This document shows, one piece after another, positions 35,775-44,637 of a stretch of DNA of 64,000 nucleotides. Every line of letters begins with the position of its first letter. The first letter of the stretch is position 1. Both the position numbers and the translations under genes were made by a program. The notes below the pieces were generated by a model. The model did no database searches and was not told where the DNA came from. It was given only the letters and a program-made list of their open reading frames with translations. Source of the DNA: a virus. The stretch is taken from the IMG/VR virus record IMGVR_UViG_3300030419_007368, positions 1 through 64,000 of that record; one strand, 5' to 3'.

Positions 35775-38700
35775 TTAGTCATCAAAAGATGCCCCACTTC
35801 TGGCAATAATGAAATCTAAAGCGATAAATTCAATAGCTCTTGCCGGCTTCAAGAAGATCTTGGCATACAAAATATTCCTGTCGATCAAATCCGGGGTTGT
35901 AGTGGAGTCATCCAACACAACTCTGAAGTCGGTCAAGCCTAGCCCAGACTTAACACCGTCAAGGAAAGGAACAACTTCTCCCTTGAAACGGTCCCAAGTT
36001 TGTTGCACATTTTGCTCGAAAAGCATTCGTGACGCAATTCTGGAAATCTCTTTCTTAACAAATATTAGCAATCTTCGCACGTTAATCCTATCCAGAGCGG
36101 AAGGAGTGACCTGCAAGGTTTTTTGACCAAAGATCACGACGCCTTCTGCAGGAAAGCTGGCGATGGGGTTGATATTGGCGTCATATAGCTTGTCACGCTC
36201 CGCAGACGTAAGTCTCTGTCTCACACCGAGAACTGGCAAACCGGCCGAACCTTCACTCAACCCACCACGAGTAAACCCTGCCGGGGCGAACCAGACAGCA
36301 GATTTTCGCTGAGAACTTGAGAAAGTACCAAGTGCGACAACAGACGGCGGCACGTATAGCGACGCGTCATTTAAATTATCGCGAACTTTAACAAACGGAT
36401 AGAACATGCATCCATAACTTGAGTTGACAGCAAAAGTCTTAAGGTTGGTCACTGCTGTGTCAACGCTTCCAACTCTTGCTGACTCAAGAGTGTTTGTTTC
36501 GTGTGCGGGTGTGTAGCCGCCGGCAATATCAAGAATCGCTAAGGCATCGCCACGATCTTCACATACGTTGAGAATTTGATTATTTAACGTATTTCTGGTC
36601 AATCCAGGCACAGTAAGAACATCGAACTCTGCAAATTCAGCGTCGGAAACCAAATCAACTGCTTTCTTGATACTGTAGTATGCATAGTTAGTGGTTTCAT
36701 TTTCACTACCCTTAGAAATAAAGTTATTTCGGAGTGGGTCTTTTTCTGTGATATCAAACCCGTCAGTTCCACCGAACATCGGAACAGTAAATTGGTCATA
36801 GCCTCTGCTGAGTACGTAATGGTCGTTTGTCGCACCACTCACAGCAGTGAAGGAAAGGTCGCTGGCTCTTGAGCCGGAGACCCAAACTGCATGCTTAGCG
36901 TCTTCAGGAGACTCTTTCACGTCATCTAGTGTAAATACCCAAGAATACTGACTTGAACCAGCCACTCGTGCTGTTGGGTCGTGCCCAGCAACTCTGAGCC
37001 TGTGCAAATCCAAGTTGGTTGGGTCAAACCTTCTCGTGCCCTTGAGCACCGACTGATACCCAAAGTAAGCTTGCGAACCTAACACCATGTTTCCTTCTGA
37101 CGAAGAAACCCGTAGACGAGCAGTTGGAAATTCAAATGAAGAAGTCAACGCAAAACGGTTGTTCATCAAGTCTGTCTTGCCCAGCTGCCGAAAGGCGCTC
37201 GGGATGCTGGCGCTTGGCAGGCAGTTCGCGCTTCCGCTACCAACAACCCACGAAGAAATACCGGCGCCGCCGTTATCCGTCACGGTCGTGGCTGTTGAGC
37301 CGCTAAGTACCCTGAAAGTTACCGGGACAGTCGGCCCATATCCTCCATAGGGAAGGAGCGTTTTTTGTCCTGCAAGGCCATCTTTAATCTTTGGGGCAAC
37401 CTCGACACGAAGAATCTTCGAAACGTTGTCGTAGTTTCCGTGCTCCACAATTGTTTTATTATCGGAGTTATATTCGTAGTATCTATCTCCAATGGCTTTA
37501 GCAATGTAGTTCGTCGAAGTTGGGTCTAGATTAAGGCCACTGTATCTTTCCACAATTTGTGGCTTGTTGTCAGAATCCGAGTTTCTTCGCACCACAATAG
37601 AAAATGTGCCATATTTGTTGAATTTATCAGTCGGAGCTTTAATGTCCTGAATAGAAACTTTGTAATCTCTATTCGCGGAGGCGCCGCTATCCAAAGCATG
37701 GAACTTAAAGAGCAGCTCTGTGTGCTGAGTCGGATTGAAATTGGACGTTGTTGTCCCTCTCGTGTCTTGAGAAATAATCCAGCCAGTTTGTGCTGCTGTG
37801 GCTTGCTGCCTTTTATCCTGCCAGTCAATTGCTGAGCCATCGGCTGTGCCTTCTAGTCCAAGAATCACACCCAACATCTCACTGCCATCCGCAACTGCAG
37901 AACCAGTGACGGTAAGCTGACTGTTTTCAGACAGTTTCAGGTTGGAATCAAAAGTTTCTCCAAGCCAGTAATACTCCAAAGTCGTTGTGTCAGTGTTTAC
38001 CAAGTCCGCATTCGTTTTTGTTGGATCGGTATTGAACACTTTTCTGATATATAAGTCAGATGTTTCGTCGAAGTTAAAAGTGGCTGACTTAAGAACATTA
38101 GTGTTTGTCACTCCGTCCTTAACAACTTTAGCAGTAAATTTGGCTCCGCTATCGCCTTTAATAGGTACGCCGGCGGCGAAAGTCCTGGAGATGCCTTCAC
38201 GGTCATTGCCTTCCAGCACGACAGCGCCATCTTGAACATACCAAACAGCAGCTAGCGTTCCAGTTACTGGCCAGTTGTCTCCTTCATTGAAGAGTTGAGT
38301 AACCGTAGCGTTGCTCAAGCCCTCGACTATAGCAGTGTTCCCGAGTGGACCGGGAGACGACTGTGTTAGCTGCAATATAGGGCCGTCTGCAACGGCGGTG
38401 ATTTTTCCATTATGGCCGCTAGCATGATTGATGGATTGTGTAAGTGACTGCGCCACCACAGTAGCGCTGCTGGTGACGGCAAACTGCTGATTCTCATTAT
38501 CTTGTGTGTCCGCATGACCGGTGTATGTCACAGAAGTTCCGTCATATGAAATAAGTGTAAGAGTCTCTCCGTTCGAAGGATTGCCAGTAAAAGTTATTTC
38601 GGCAGTAGCGACCGTATTCCCGTAAGAATCCGGATTGGGAAACACAAACAGTCCATATGCGCCGCCCGCTTCGCCGATATCAACGTTCAAAGTATTGTCA

Positions 38701-39068
38701 GTAGTCCAGCCGGCCAGCGCAGTACTAACAGAAGAGTCTGCGTTTGAAGCGTTTTCACCCAACACCCTATAGACGGTGCATGGGGAGTTGTTGCGCAGCC
38801 AAGCTTGAGCCGCGTATGCAGCGTAAGTGGGCGCGGTTAACTCACCGTTGCGCCAAATATCGCCTTTGGCGTTCCCGGGTGATGGGTATCCGAAGACCTC
38901 TACAAATTCTTTAAATGAATTTACTCGCACCGGTCTGTTCGAAGGGCCTTTTTGGAAACGGCCAATAATCATAGGTCCCATCCGCGCAGGAAGCGCGGGC
39001 AGTCCTGATTCATCAATCTCTTCTAGGAAAACACCCGGTGAAACAAATTTAAACTTATCAACTGCCAT
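35775..39068 (-). CDS. Contractile tail sheath protein (gp18-like) with large insertions
   Basis: FVSPGVFLEEID, WFAPAGFTRG, LYDANINPI, FGQKTL, LDRINVRRL, KPARAIEFI. Confidence 0.95.
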   Translation of the reverse strand: MAVDKFKFVSPGVFLEEIDESGLPALPARMGPMIIGRFQKGPSNRPVRVNSFKEFVEVFGYPSPGNAKGDIWRNGELTAPTYAAYAAQAWLRNNSPCTVYRVLGENASNADSSVSTALAGWTTDNTLNVDIGEAGGAYGLFVFPNPDSYGNTVATAEITFTGNPSNGETLTLISYDGTSVTYTGHADTQDNENQQFAVTSSATVVAQSLTQSINHASGHNGKITAVADGPILQLTQSSPGPLGNTAIVEGLSNATVTQLFNEGDNWPVTGTLAAVWYVQDGAVVLEGNDREGISRTFAAGVPIKGDSGAKFTAKVVKDGVTNTNVLKSATFNFDETSDLYIRKVFNTDPTKTNADLVNTDTTTLEYYWLGETFDSNLKLSENSQLTVTGSAVADGSEMLGVILGLEGTADGSAIDWQDKRQQATAAQTGWIISQDTRGTTTSNFNPTQHTELLFKFHALDSGASANRDYKVSIQDIKAPTDKFNKYGTFSIVVRRNSDSDNKPQIVERYSGLNLDPTSTNYIAKAIGDRYYEYNSDNKTIVEHGNYDNVSKILRVEVAPKIKDGLAGQKTLLPYGGYGPTVPVTFRVLSGSTATTVTDNGGAGISSWVVGSGSANCLPSASIPSAFRQLGKTDLMNNRFALTSSFEFPTARLRVSSSEGNMVLGSQAYFGYQSVLKGTRRFDPTNLDLHRLRVAGHDPTARVAGSSQYSWVFTLDDVKESPEDAKHAVWVSGSRASDLSFTAVSGATNDHYVLSRGYDQFTVPMFGGTDGFDITEKDPLRNNFISKGSENETTNYAYYSIKKAVDLVSDAEFAEFDVLTVPGLTRNTLNNQILNVCEDRGDALAILDIAGGYTPAHETNTLESARVGSVDTAVTNLKTFAVNSSYGCMFYPFVKVRDNLNDASLYVPPSVVALGTFSSSQRKSAVWFAPAGFTRGGLSEGSAGLPVLGVRQRLTSAERDKLYDANINPIASFPAEGVVIFGQKTLQVTPSALDRINVRRLLIFVKKEISRIASRMLFEQNVQQTWDRFKGEVVPFLDGVKSGLGLTDFRVVLDDSTTTPDLIDRNILYAKIFLKPARAIEFIALDFIIARSGASFDD

Positions 39069-39120
39069 ATCTTTTTCGCTCCTTAATCAAAAGCCAGCTA
39101 CAAACAAACTTTTTCTTTAA

Positions 39121-39128
39121 TAAATAGT
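39121..39128 (-). promoter_or_regulatory. Putative late-promoter motif (ACTATTTA)
   Basis: 53 nt upstream of the sheath start. Confidence 0.65.
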
Positions 39129-39149
39129 CTCGCTACTCTACAAAGTCCT

Positions 39150-40004
39150 TTAAAATCTAAATTCCCCATCTTCATCTTGCACCACGATTCTTTCTCTAGC
39201 GAATCGTATTTGTACTGCGTTTTCATTTCTTACAACTCTTGGCTGTTTTTGGTTCTTTCCATCGCCGATAAGATAACCATAAACGTTCAGACCAATACTA
39301 GTTTCATACTTCCTCTCGTTGGATTCATAATTTGATATATTATTTTCAATAGTATAGTCTTCATCGAAGAATGCCTCATATTCGTTCATATTGTGACTTA
39401 TAATAATTCTTTTATGCGCGTTCGAAGAGCGTATAAATGGAGTCAACATGTCGTTCATTTGTTCCTGGTATTCACTCCTTAAGTATATTTTATAAACCAC
39501 CTCAACGTATATTGGTATTGGAATTGTGTGCGTTTCATATACGATCTTCTTATTACCTTTTTTTCGATGCATAGGAAAATTTTTCTGACCGTATAGCCGT
39601 TTAGCATCTGCATTGGCGAAATTACTCGTTTTATCTTGGTTAATCACTCTATTTATCACCAATGCTCCGCCTTTAAGGTCACCGACAGGATCAATCATAG
39701 CATATGGAATAACCCGGCTTTTATTAGTCTTTTTTACTGCAGTTCTCTCAACTGTAATCGCTGGAAGTGTCAAGTATCCAATTTTATCGCGATCCAGCGT
39801 ATCATCTTTGACGTTGTAAGCCCTCTCGGCGCCTGACCAAATTACAGGGACCTTTTCGAACCCCTTGTTAGTGCTAGTGCTAACATTCATCTGCTCATCA
39901 ACAAATTTAAACAGAGCAAAATCAATATCTTCCAAATCTGACTTATATCTTATAGCGTCGCTCATGGTCTCTTCATTGATCGACCCTTCTTTCTTAGGTG
40001 CCAT
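39150..40004 (-). CDS. Tail terminator / sheath stabiliser (gp15-like)
   Basis: KVPVIWSGAER, LPAITVER, PIPIYVEVVY...EQMND; lies between the neck genes and the sheath. Confidence 0.65.
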   Translation of the reverse strand: MAPKKEGSINEETMSDAIRYKSDLEDIDFALFKFVDEQMNVSTSTNKGFEKVPVIWSGAERAYNVKDDTLDRDKIGYLTLPAITVERTAVKKTNKSRVIPYAMIDPVGDLKGGALVINRVINQDKTSNFANADAKRLYGQKNFPMHRKKGNKKIVYETHTIPIPIYVEVVYKIYLRSEYQEQMNDMLTPFIRSSNAHKRIIISHNMNEYEAFFDEDYTIENNISNYESNERKYETSIGLNVYGYLIGDGKNQKQPRVVRNENAVQIRFARERIVVQDEDGEFRF

Positions 40005-40491
40005 CGAACAAACCCTCCCGTGCAGCAATACATTCAGCAGATATTTCGATTCTTCGATCGACTTGTCCAAAAAGCTCTTTTGGCTCTTTAAGCATTACAA
40101 TTTCAAAAAAACTTTCCCCATACAAAAGAAAATCACCTTCTCTCACAAATAAATTCTGATCTTCCGTGAGGCGCCTCTTGTGAAAGTGAACAGTTATTTT
40201 AGACATCTTGTCAATGCCCCATTTTTCAGTTTTTGTTTCTTGACCTTGATATTCGACGAGAGCATGCACACGAACAGGAGGCAAAAACGTCTTCACCAGC
40301 GCTTCTTTATAAAGTGGGTGGAAATTAGTTCGCTTCAAGTCTATGGGGTAATAAGCAACAACCTGGCCGATGACCCTTTCAATAAGCTCATCGTTAACTT
40401 GCTTAACCAGATCACGTTCTTTTTCTCCAAGAAAAAGCGGTGGTGGTGGGCTATTGGGCTGCGACCATTTTTTTTCTTCACTAGCCATCAA
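39994..40491 (-). CDS. Neck / head-closure protein (gp14-like)
   Basis: IGQVVAYY, HPLYKEA, VREGDFL, FFEI; synteny. Confidence 0.65.
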   Translation of the reverse strand: MMASEEKKWSQPNSPPPPLFLGEKERDLVKQVNDELIERVIGQVVAYYPIDLKRTNFHPLYKEALVKTFLPPVRVHALVEYQGQETKTEKWGIDKMSKITVHFHKRRLTEDQNLFVREGDFLLYGESFFEIVMLKEPKELFGQVDRRIEISAECIAAREGLFDGT

Positions 40492-40494
40492 AAA

Positions 40495-41811
40495 TTACCC
40501 CGTGTATATGAAATATGGATAAGTCTGAACAACCTCTTGGCTGTTCTTGGTTATATTCTTTTGTATCTCAGTTATTTTCTCGTAAGTCAACTCGTCCAAG
40601 ACTTTCTGAAGTTCCTCCCTTAAGGTTTTTTGCTCTTCTCTTGCCTCTGATATCAACTTATCTCCATTTAGCTGCACGTTGTTCCCTGGGATGGGAATTT
40701 GGCCAAATTTAGACCTGATTTGACCTAAAGTCTCTTTGACAAGAGCTAAGGCGAATCTTCTTATCCACTGCTTGCCAATTGAGTTTATGTTTTTGTATGG
40801 AACATTCGCCAACGGCAGCGTATTCAAGTTGTTCACGCCTTTTAGGCCATCTAGTCTGTCAGACTGGTCTTCCCAGGGATCCTCCTCAACCGTAAATTGA
40901 AACCACATCTTTTTTGGTGACTGTCGCACCGGCCAGGGGAATATTCTTAATTTATTATTTTTTATTTCGTAAGAATAGTGTGAATTCCTGGTATAGATAG
41001 CGTCTTCATAGGCCATGGCTTGAAGTTTGTTGTGCCATGGCGGTATAACCTCGTATGTTGAATCATCAGCATACATGCCGTATGTCGACATATTACCTAC
41101 CGTGTTCATACCGCCGTAATAGCCGTAAAATCTCCACATCGCATGCGGCGTCCTGTAGAACATCTTTCTAATTATAATCCTCTTATTGTTGACCTTGTTA
41201 TAAAAGTCTACGTCCGACATAGAAGAACTAGCTTGCACAATTGCCTGCAAATCATAATCTTGCTGTGTGTTAACCGTGTCAAAAGAGGCAGAGTATATCG
41301 GCGTACCTCCACCTAGACCGACTTCCGTTATGGTGTTGTCCATAACTCGTTTAGAATACCCAAACTCGAATTTTGGATATTTTAGCTCAACCTGGCTTCC
41401 AGAGCTGACATCGGTTCTCTGGCCATCTTGATCAAAAGTCCCCGTTGTTGCTCCCAAGGCACTGTGTAAGACGTTTTTAGCCTGGTGTACATTGACAATG
41501 TATGAGTATTCCAGAACTGCTTCTTCATAAGCTGCATATACGTTTTTCTGGTCTAGCTCGATGTCTAGTATATCACCTCCGAGCTTTCGAAAAGTATAAG
41601 AAACTTGTTCGACGGCGCCCGTTATGAAGTTTGCATCGTATAATTCATTAGTGGACGTGACATCTAAGCCATCGATGTCAACAAGCTTTGTCGACGCGAC
41701 GTAAAGACCATACGGATAATTTGCCGATCCGCTGGCTACAGCATAACTCCCTGTAGAGGGCAGCGCTACAGCAGACGTTTGTGAACTCGGTGTTAGTGTG
41801 GGTATCGCCAT
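40495..41811 (-). CDS. Neck / head-tail adaptor protein (gp13-like)
   Basis: LGGDILDIEL, QWIRRFALALVKETLGQIRSKF, IPGNNVQLNGDKLISEA. Confidence 0.8.
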   Translation of the reverse strand: MAIPTLTPSSQTSAVALPSTGSYAVASGSANYPYGLYVASTKLVDIDGLDVTSTNELYDANFITGAVEQVSYTFRKLGGDILDIELDQKNVYAAYEEAVLEYSYIVNVHQAKNVLHSALGATTGTFDQDGQRTDVSSGSQVELKYPKFEFGYSKRVMDNTITEVGLGGGTPIYSASFDTVNTQQDYDLQAIVQASSSMSDVDFYNKVNNKRIIIRKMFYRTPHAMWRFYGYYGGMNTVGNMSTYGMYADDSTYEVIPPWHNKLQAMAYEDAIYTRNSHYSYEIKNNKLRIFPWPVRQSPKKMWFQFTVEEDPWEDQSDRLDGLKGVNNLNTLPLANVPYKNINSIGKQWIRRFALALVKETLGQIRSKFGQIPIPGNNVQLNGDKLISEAREEQKTLREELQKVLDELTYEKITEIQKNITKNSQEVVQTYPYFIYTG

Positions 41812-41835
41812 TCATCAGGTCTCCTTATACACTAC

Positions 41836-41843
41836 TAATTAGT
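41836..41843 (-). promoter_or_regulatory. Putative late-promoter motif (ACTAATTA)
   Basis: 25 nt upstream of the neck gene start. Confidence 0.65.
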
Positions 41844-41876
41844 TGGAAGAGGGTGAATAACCTCCACGTTTATGTG

Positions 41877-42173
41877 TTAGGAGCGCTTAGCACTTTTTCT
41901 AGCAGCTTTTGCTAGCTCTTCTGCTTCTTTTGCAACACTTTTAGCATAATCGCAAATTGGGTCAAAAACCTCATTCAACTCTTCTACTGATATTTGTTGT
42001 GACGCGTGGAGAATCTTCTTTTTCATTTCTTCTAGTTGTTTCTCTTGATCGCTGTTCAGAGAATCAGGATTCATGCCGGAGTCTTTTATGTCAGAATCTA
42101 TTTTTGACAAAGTCTCTCGTAAATTGCCATACTTCTCTTTAAGCGCTGCGTACTTGTAAATCTTTTTCTTCAT
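41877..42173 (-). CDS. Hypothetical coiled-coil protein
   Basis: 98 aa ORF filling the intergenic space. Confidence 0.6.
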   Translation of the reverse strand: MKKKIYKYAALKEKYGNLRETLSKIDSDIKDSGMNPDSLNSDQEKQLEEMKKKILHASQQISVEELNEVFDPICDYAKSVAKEAEELAKAARKSAKRS

Positions 42174-42230
42174 AAAGTCAAAATCTCAAAAATTATCCTC
42201 GAAAAAAATTTGGCATATGCCGTTTTTCGA

Positions 42231-42264
42231 AAAAACCCGCTATAGGCTTCTATAGCGGGTTTTT
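42231..42264. terminator. Rho-independent terminator (potentially bidirectional)
   Basis: Perfect inverted repeat aaaaacccgctatag-gctt-ctatagcgggttttt. Confidence 0.85.
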
Positions 42265-42281
42265 AGTATAATAATAAATTA

Positions 42282-42479
42282 TTACTTTTTGCTTTTCGCT
42301 AGCGCATCAAGATAAGTGCGTCTTTTCTCTTTGCGCAGGCGGGCTCTTCTTTCTTTAAGCCAGTCATTTTGAAGAGCAGCGAGATCAATAACCACCTTCT
42401 TAGGCTTGGGGGCTGCCGCCTTTTTCTTGCTTGTGGTTGCTTTTTTTAACAACCCTTGTTTTTCTTTTGAATCAGCCAT
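42282..42479 (-). CDS. Small basic protein
   Basis: 65 aa, K/R rich; AAGGAGG SD. Confidence 0.65.
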   Translation of the reverse strand: MADSKEKQGLLKKATTSKKKAAAPKPKKVVIDLAALQNDWLKERRARLRKEKRRTYLDALAKSKK

Positions 42480-42507
42480 TTATAAGTCCCTCCTTATGCC
42501 AGGTTTA

Positions 42508-43332
42508 TTATTTCTCTACAAGACCCCATTTAACTTTACGCAGGATGACTTCACCAGCCACATGCGCCGCGTTAATATAATAGAAAAACGGTGTCACAAC
42601 TTCGCCATCGTCAAAAGTAAATGTATCGGCGCCGTCGGCACTATCGGTCGACGAGAGTGTGGGCGCGCTTCCATCAATTTTATAGGTAACGACGCCAGCT
42701 GAAGAGACATCAACTCTAAGAGTATGCACCTCGCCATCAGCCCAGTCTTTCAAAGTATCGTGGTCCAACGTGTCGCCATCATTTAAGATGTTTTGAATAT
42801 AAATATTACCGCTGACGGCATTCAACACAGCCATCTCGTCATAATCATCAAGATTTGCCTGCTCGGCTTCAACCTTACGGAAGCCAAAGGCGCAATCGTC
42901 AGTGCCGCTTACGTCTTCAATTGAAAATTCCAACTCAGCATAAAAAGCTCCATGAGTACCAACTGTAAAACGATCAACACCAGGGTAGCCTTTGTGCGTG
43001 TTCAGACTAGCAACCCACTGTACTCCTTCGTTGTTTGTTCCGTCATATCCATAATCCATACCAGTGGTAGCGGCGGCTGGAATTAGAACTGTTTGTGTAC
43101 CAATATTCTGTACGTGCAAGCGCAATCCATCAGCATATTGATGAACCATTATTGCTTCATCAGTGCCGGCGGCGACCGTGCTATCGTCGTCGATAACAAG
43201 CGGTGGCGCGCCGAAGTTTCCCTGACATGCACCCAATTGCGCACACATTGTTGAACCCGAAAGATTAATCTCTCTTTTTAAATTTTCTAATAAAGCCTCC
43301 ACTCTTGCGAGGCCTATTCTTTTAGTACCCAT
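42508..43332 (-). CDS. Putative capsid decoration/accessory structural protein, paralog 2
   Basis: MGTKRIGLARVEALLENLKRE N-terminus; beta-rich; co-linear with 43348..44166; follows the MCP. Confidence 0.6.
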   Translation of the reverse strand: MGTKRIGLARVEALLENLKREINLSGSTMCAQLGACQGNFGAPPLVIDDDSTVAAGTDEAIMVHQYADGLRLHVQNIGTQTVLIPAAATTGMDYGYDGTNNEGVQWVASLNTHKGYPGVDRFTVGTHGAFYAELEFSIEDVSGTDDCAFGFRKVEAEQANLDDYDEMAVLNAVSGNIYIQNILNDGDTLDHDTLKDWADGEVHTLRVDVSSAGVVTYKIDGSAPTLSSTDSADGADTFTFDDGEVVTPFFYYINAAHVAGEVILRKVKWGLVEK

Positions 43333-43565
43333 AGTATTAGTTTCCTCTTATTTGGGAAGAAGGCCCCACTGAACCTTCCTGTATACGATGCCGGCAGAAC
43401 TTCCTGCGGCGTGCGCGTGATACCCAAATGGTGTCACAACCTCGCCGTCGTCAAAAGTAAATGCTTGTGTAGTCGTCGGTGCGGATCCGTCGATCTTAAA
43501 AGTCACAACTCCAGCAGACGAGACATCAACTCTAAGAGTATGCACCTCGCCATCAGCCCAGTCTT
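42704..43565. repeat. 46-nt perfect direct repeat between the paralogs (42704-42749 and 43520-43565)
   Basis: gagacatcaactctaagagtatgcacctcgccatcagcccagtctt occurs in both genes. Confidence 0.85.
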
Positions 43566-44166
43566 GACCCGTGTCTGTAGCTGTGGTAGCAGCGTTATTC
43601 AAGATCGTTGCAGTAAAGATATTTCCCGCGTTGCAATTAAGGAACGCGGCCTCGTCATAAGCGTCAACATCTTCTGGCTGGAAAGCCTCAACTTTACGGA
43701 AACCAAATGCAACCGTATCTGCATCTGAAACGTCAGCTATACTAAGTTCCATCTCCATGTAAAAAGCGCCATGCGTTCCGACCGTAAATCTATCGACGCC
43801 AGGAGTGCCCTTGTGGGTATTCATGCTGGCCACCCACTGCACACCCTCGTTATCAGCAGCGTCGTATGAATAATCCATTCCAGTAGTAGAGGCGGCAGGA
43901 ACCAAGATGGTCTGGCCGTCAGTGCCACCTTCATGAATGTTCTGTACGTGTAATCTAAGCCCGTCTGAATATTGGTGGATTACGACCGCATTGTCAGCTC
44001 CGTCTGCGACTGTGCTGTCATCGTCAAGTACAATTGGGGGTGCACCGAAAGTACCTACGCAAGCGCCCAAAGGAGCACAAAGCGTAGAACCCGAAAGGTT
44101 GACCTCTCTTTTTAAATTTTCTAATAAAGCCTCAAGTCGCGCGAGACCAACTCTCTTAGTACCCAT
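43348..44166 (-). CDS. Putative capsid decoration/accessory structural protein, paralog 1
   Basis: MGTKRVGLARLEALLENLKRE N-terminus; GGAGG SD; late motif upstream. Confidence 0.6.
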   Translation of the reverse strand: MGTKRVGLARLEALLENLKREVNLSGSTLCAPLGACVGTFGAPPIVLDDDSTVADGADNAVVIHQYSDGLRLHVQNIHEGGTDGQTILVPAASTTGMDYSYDAADNEGVQWVASMNTHKGTPGVDRFTVGTHGAFYMEMELSIADVSDADTVAFGFRKVEAFQPEDVDAYDEAAFLNCNAGNIFTATILNNAATTATDTGQDWADGEVHTLRVDVSSAGVVTFKIDGSAPTTTQAFTFDDGEVVTPFGYHAHAAGSSAGIVYRKVQWGLLPK

Positions 44167-44261
44167 AGTTCAGAACCCTCCCTTGGTAAAACCATTTGTA
44201 ATCATGTCCTGCTTGAGCAGGGGCAGATTTTGATCTGCCTAAAAACTATGTTATGTGTTTA

Positions 44262-44269
44262 TAAATAGT
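44262..44269 (-). promoter_or_regulatory. Putative late-promoter motif (ACTATTTA)
   Basis: 96 nt upstream of 44166. Confidence 0.6.
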
Positions 44270-44302
44270 CAACTAAATTATCTTTTTACTCAAATTAACA
44301 AA

Positions 44303-44503
44303 CTATTCTTCTGTCTCAACTTCGGTTTCTTCTTCGGAAACTTCACCAGGAGGGACACTGAACATTTGAATTGCCTGCGCAACCAAAGAAGCCTCGTTCA
44401 AATCAAATGCGCCTCTCTTTTGAGCTACATGGGCGGCTTGAACTAACACACCAAGAGCCTGATTTGGGGTTTCTACGGTTTCTGCGTTTTCTTGTTGCGA
44501 CAT
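44303..44503 (-). CDS. Small acidic hypothetical protein
   Basis: 66 aa; AAGGAG SD; core NQALGVLVQAAHVAQKRGAFDLNEA. Confidence 0.75.
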   Translation of the reverse strand: MSQQENAETVETPNQALGVLVQAAHVAQKRGAFDLNEASLVAQAIQMFSVPPGEVSEEETEVETEE

Positions 44504-44535
44504 AATACTTTCTCCTTTAGTTATGTGCAGTACAG

Positions 44536-44564
44536 ATTATAATATGCCTTACTATCTGTGTTAA
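44536..44564 (-). promoter_or_regulatory. Sigma70-type promoter
   Basis: TTAACA-17 nt-TATAAT upstream of 44503. Confidence 0.65.
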
Positions 44565-44576
44565 GCTTTTTTTAAT

Positions 44577-44612
44577 AAAAAAAACCCCGTTTGGTATCTC
44601 TACCAAACGGGG
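44577..44612 (-). terminator. Rho-independent terminator of the major capsid gene
   Basis: 12-bp stem ccccgtttggta/taccaaacgggg, GAGA loop on the minus strand, T8 tail. Confidence 0.9.
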
Positions 44613-44637
44613 CTTCTTCCTAAGAGGTTAGCTTAGA

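Noticed and set aside
42508-44166. Diversity-generating retroelement TR/VR pair
   Set aside because: Both copies are full genes, differences are not adenine-specific, and no reverse transcriptase is in the window.
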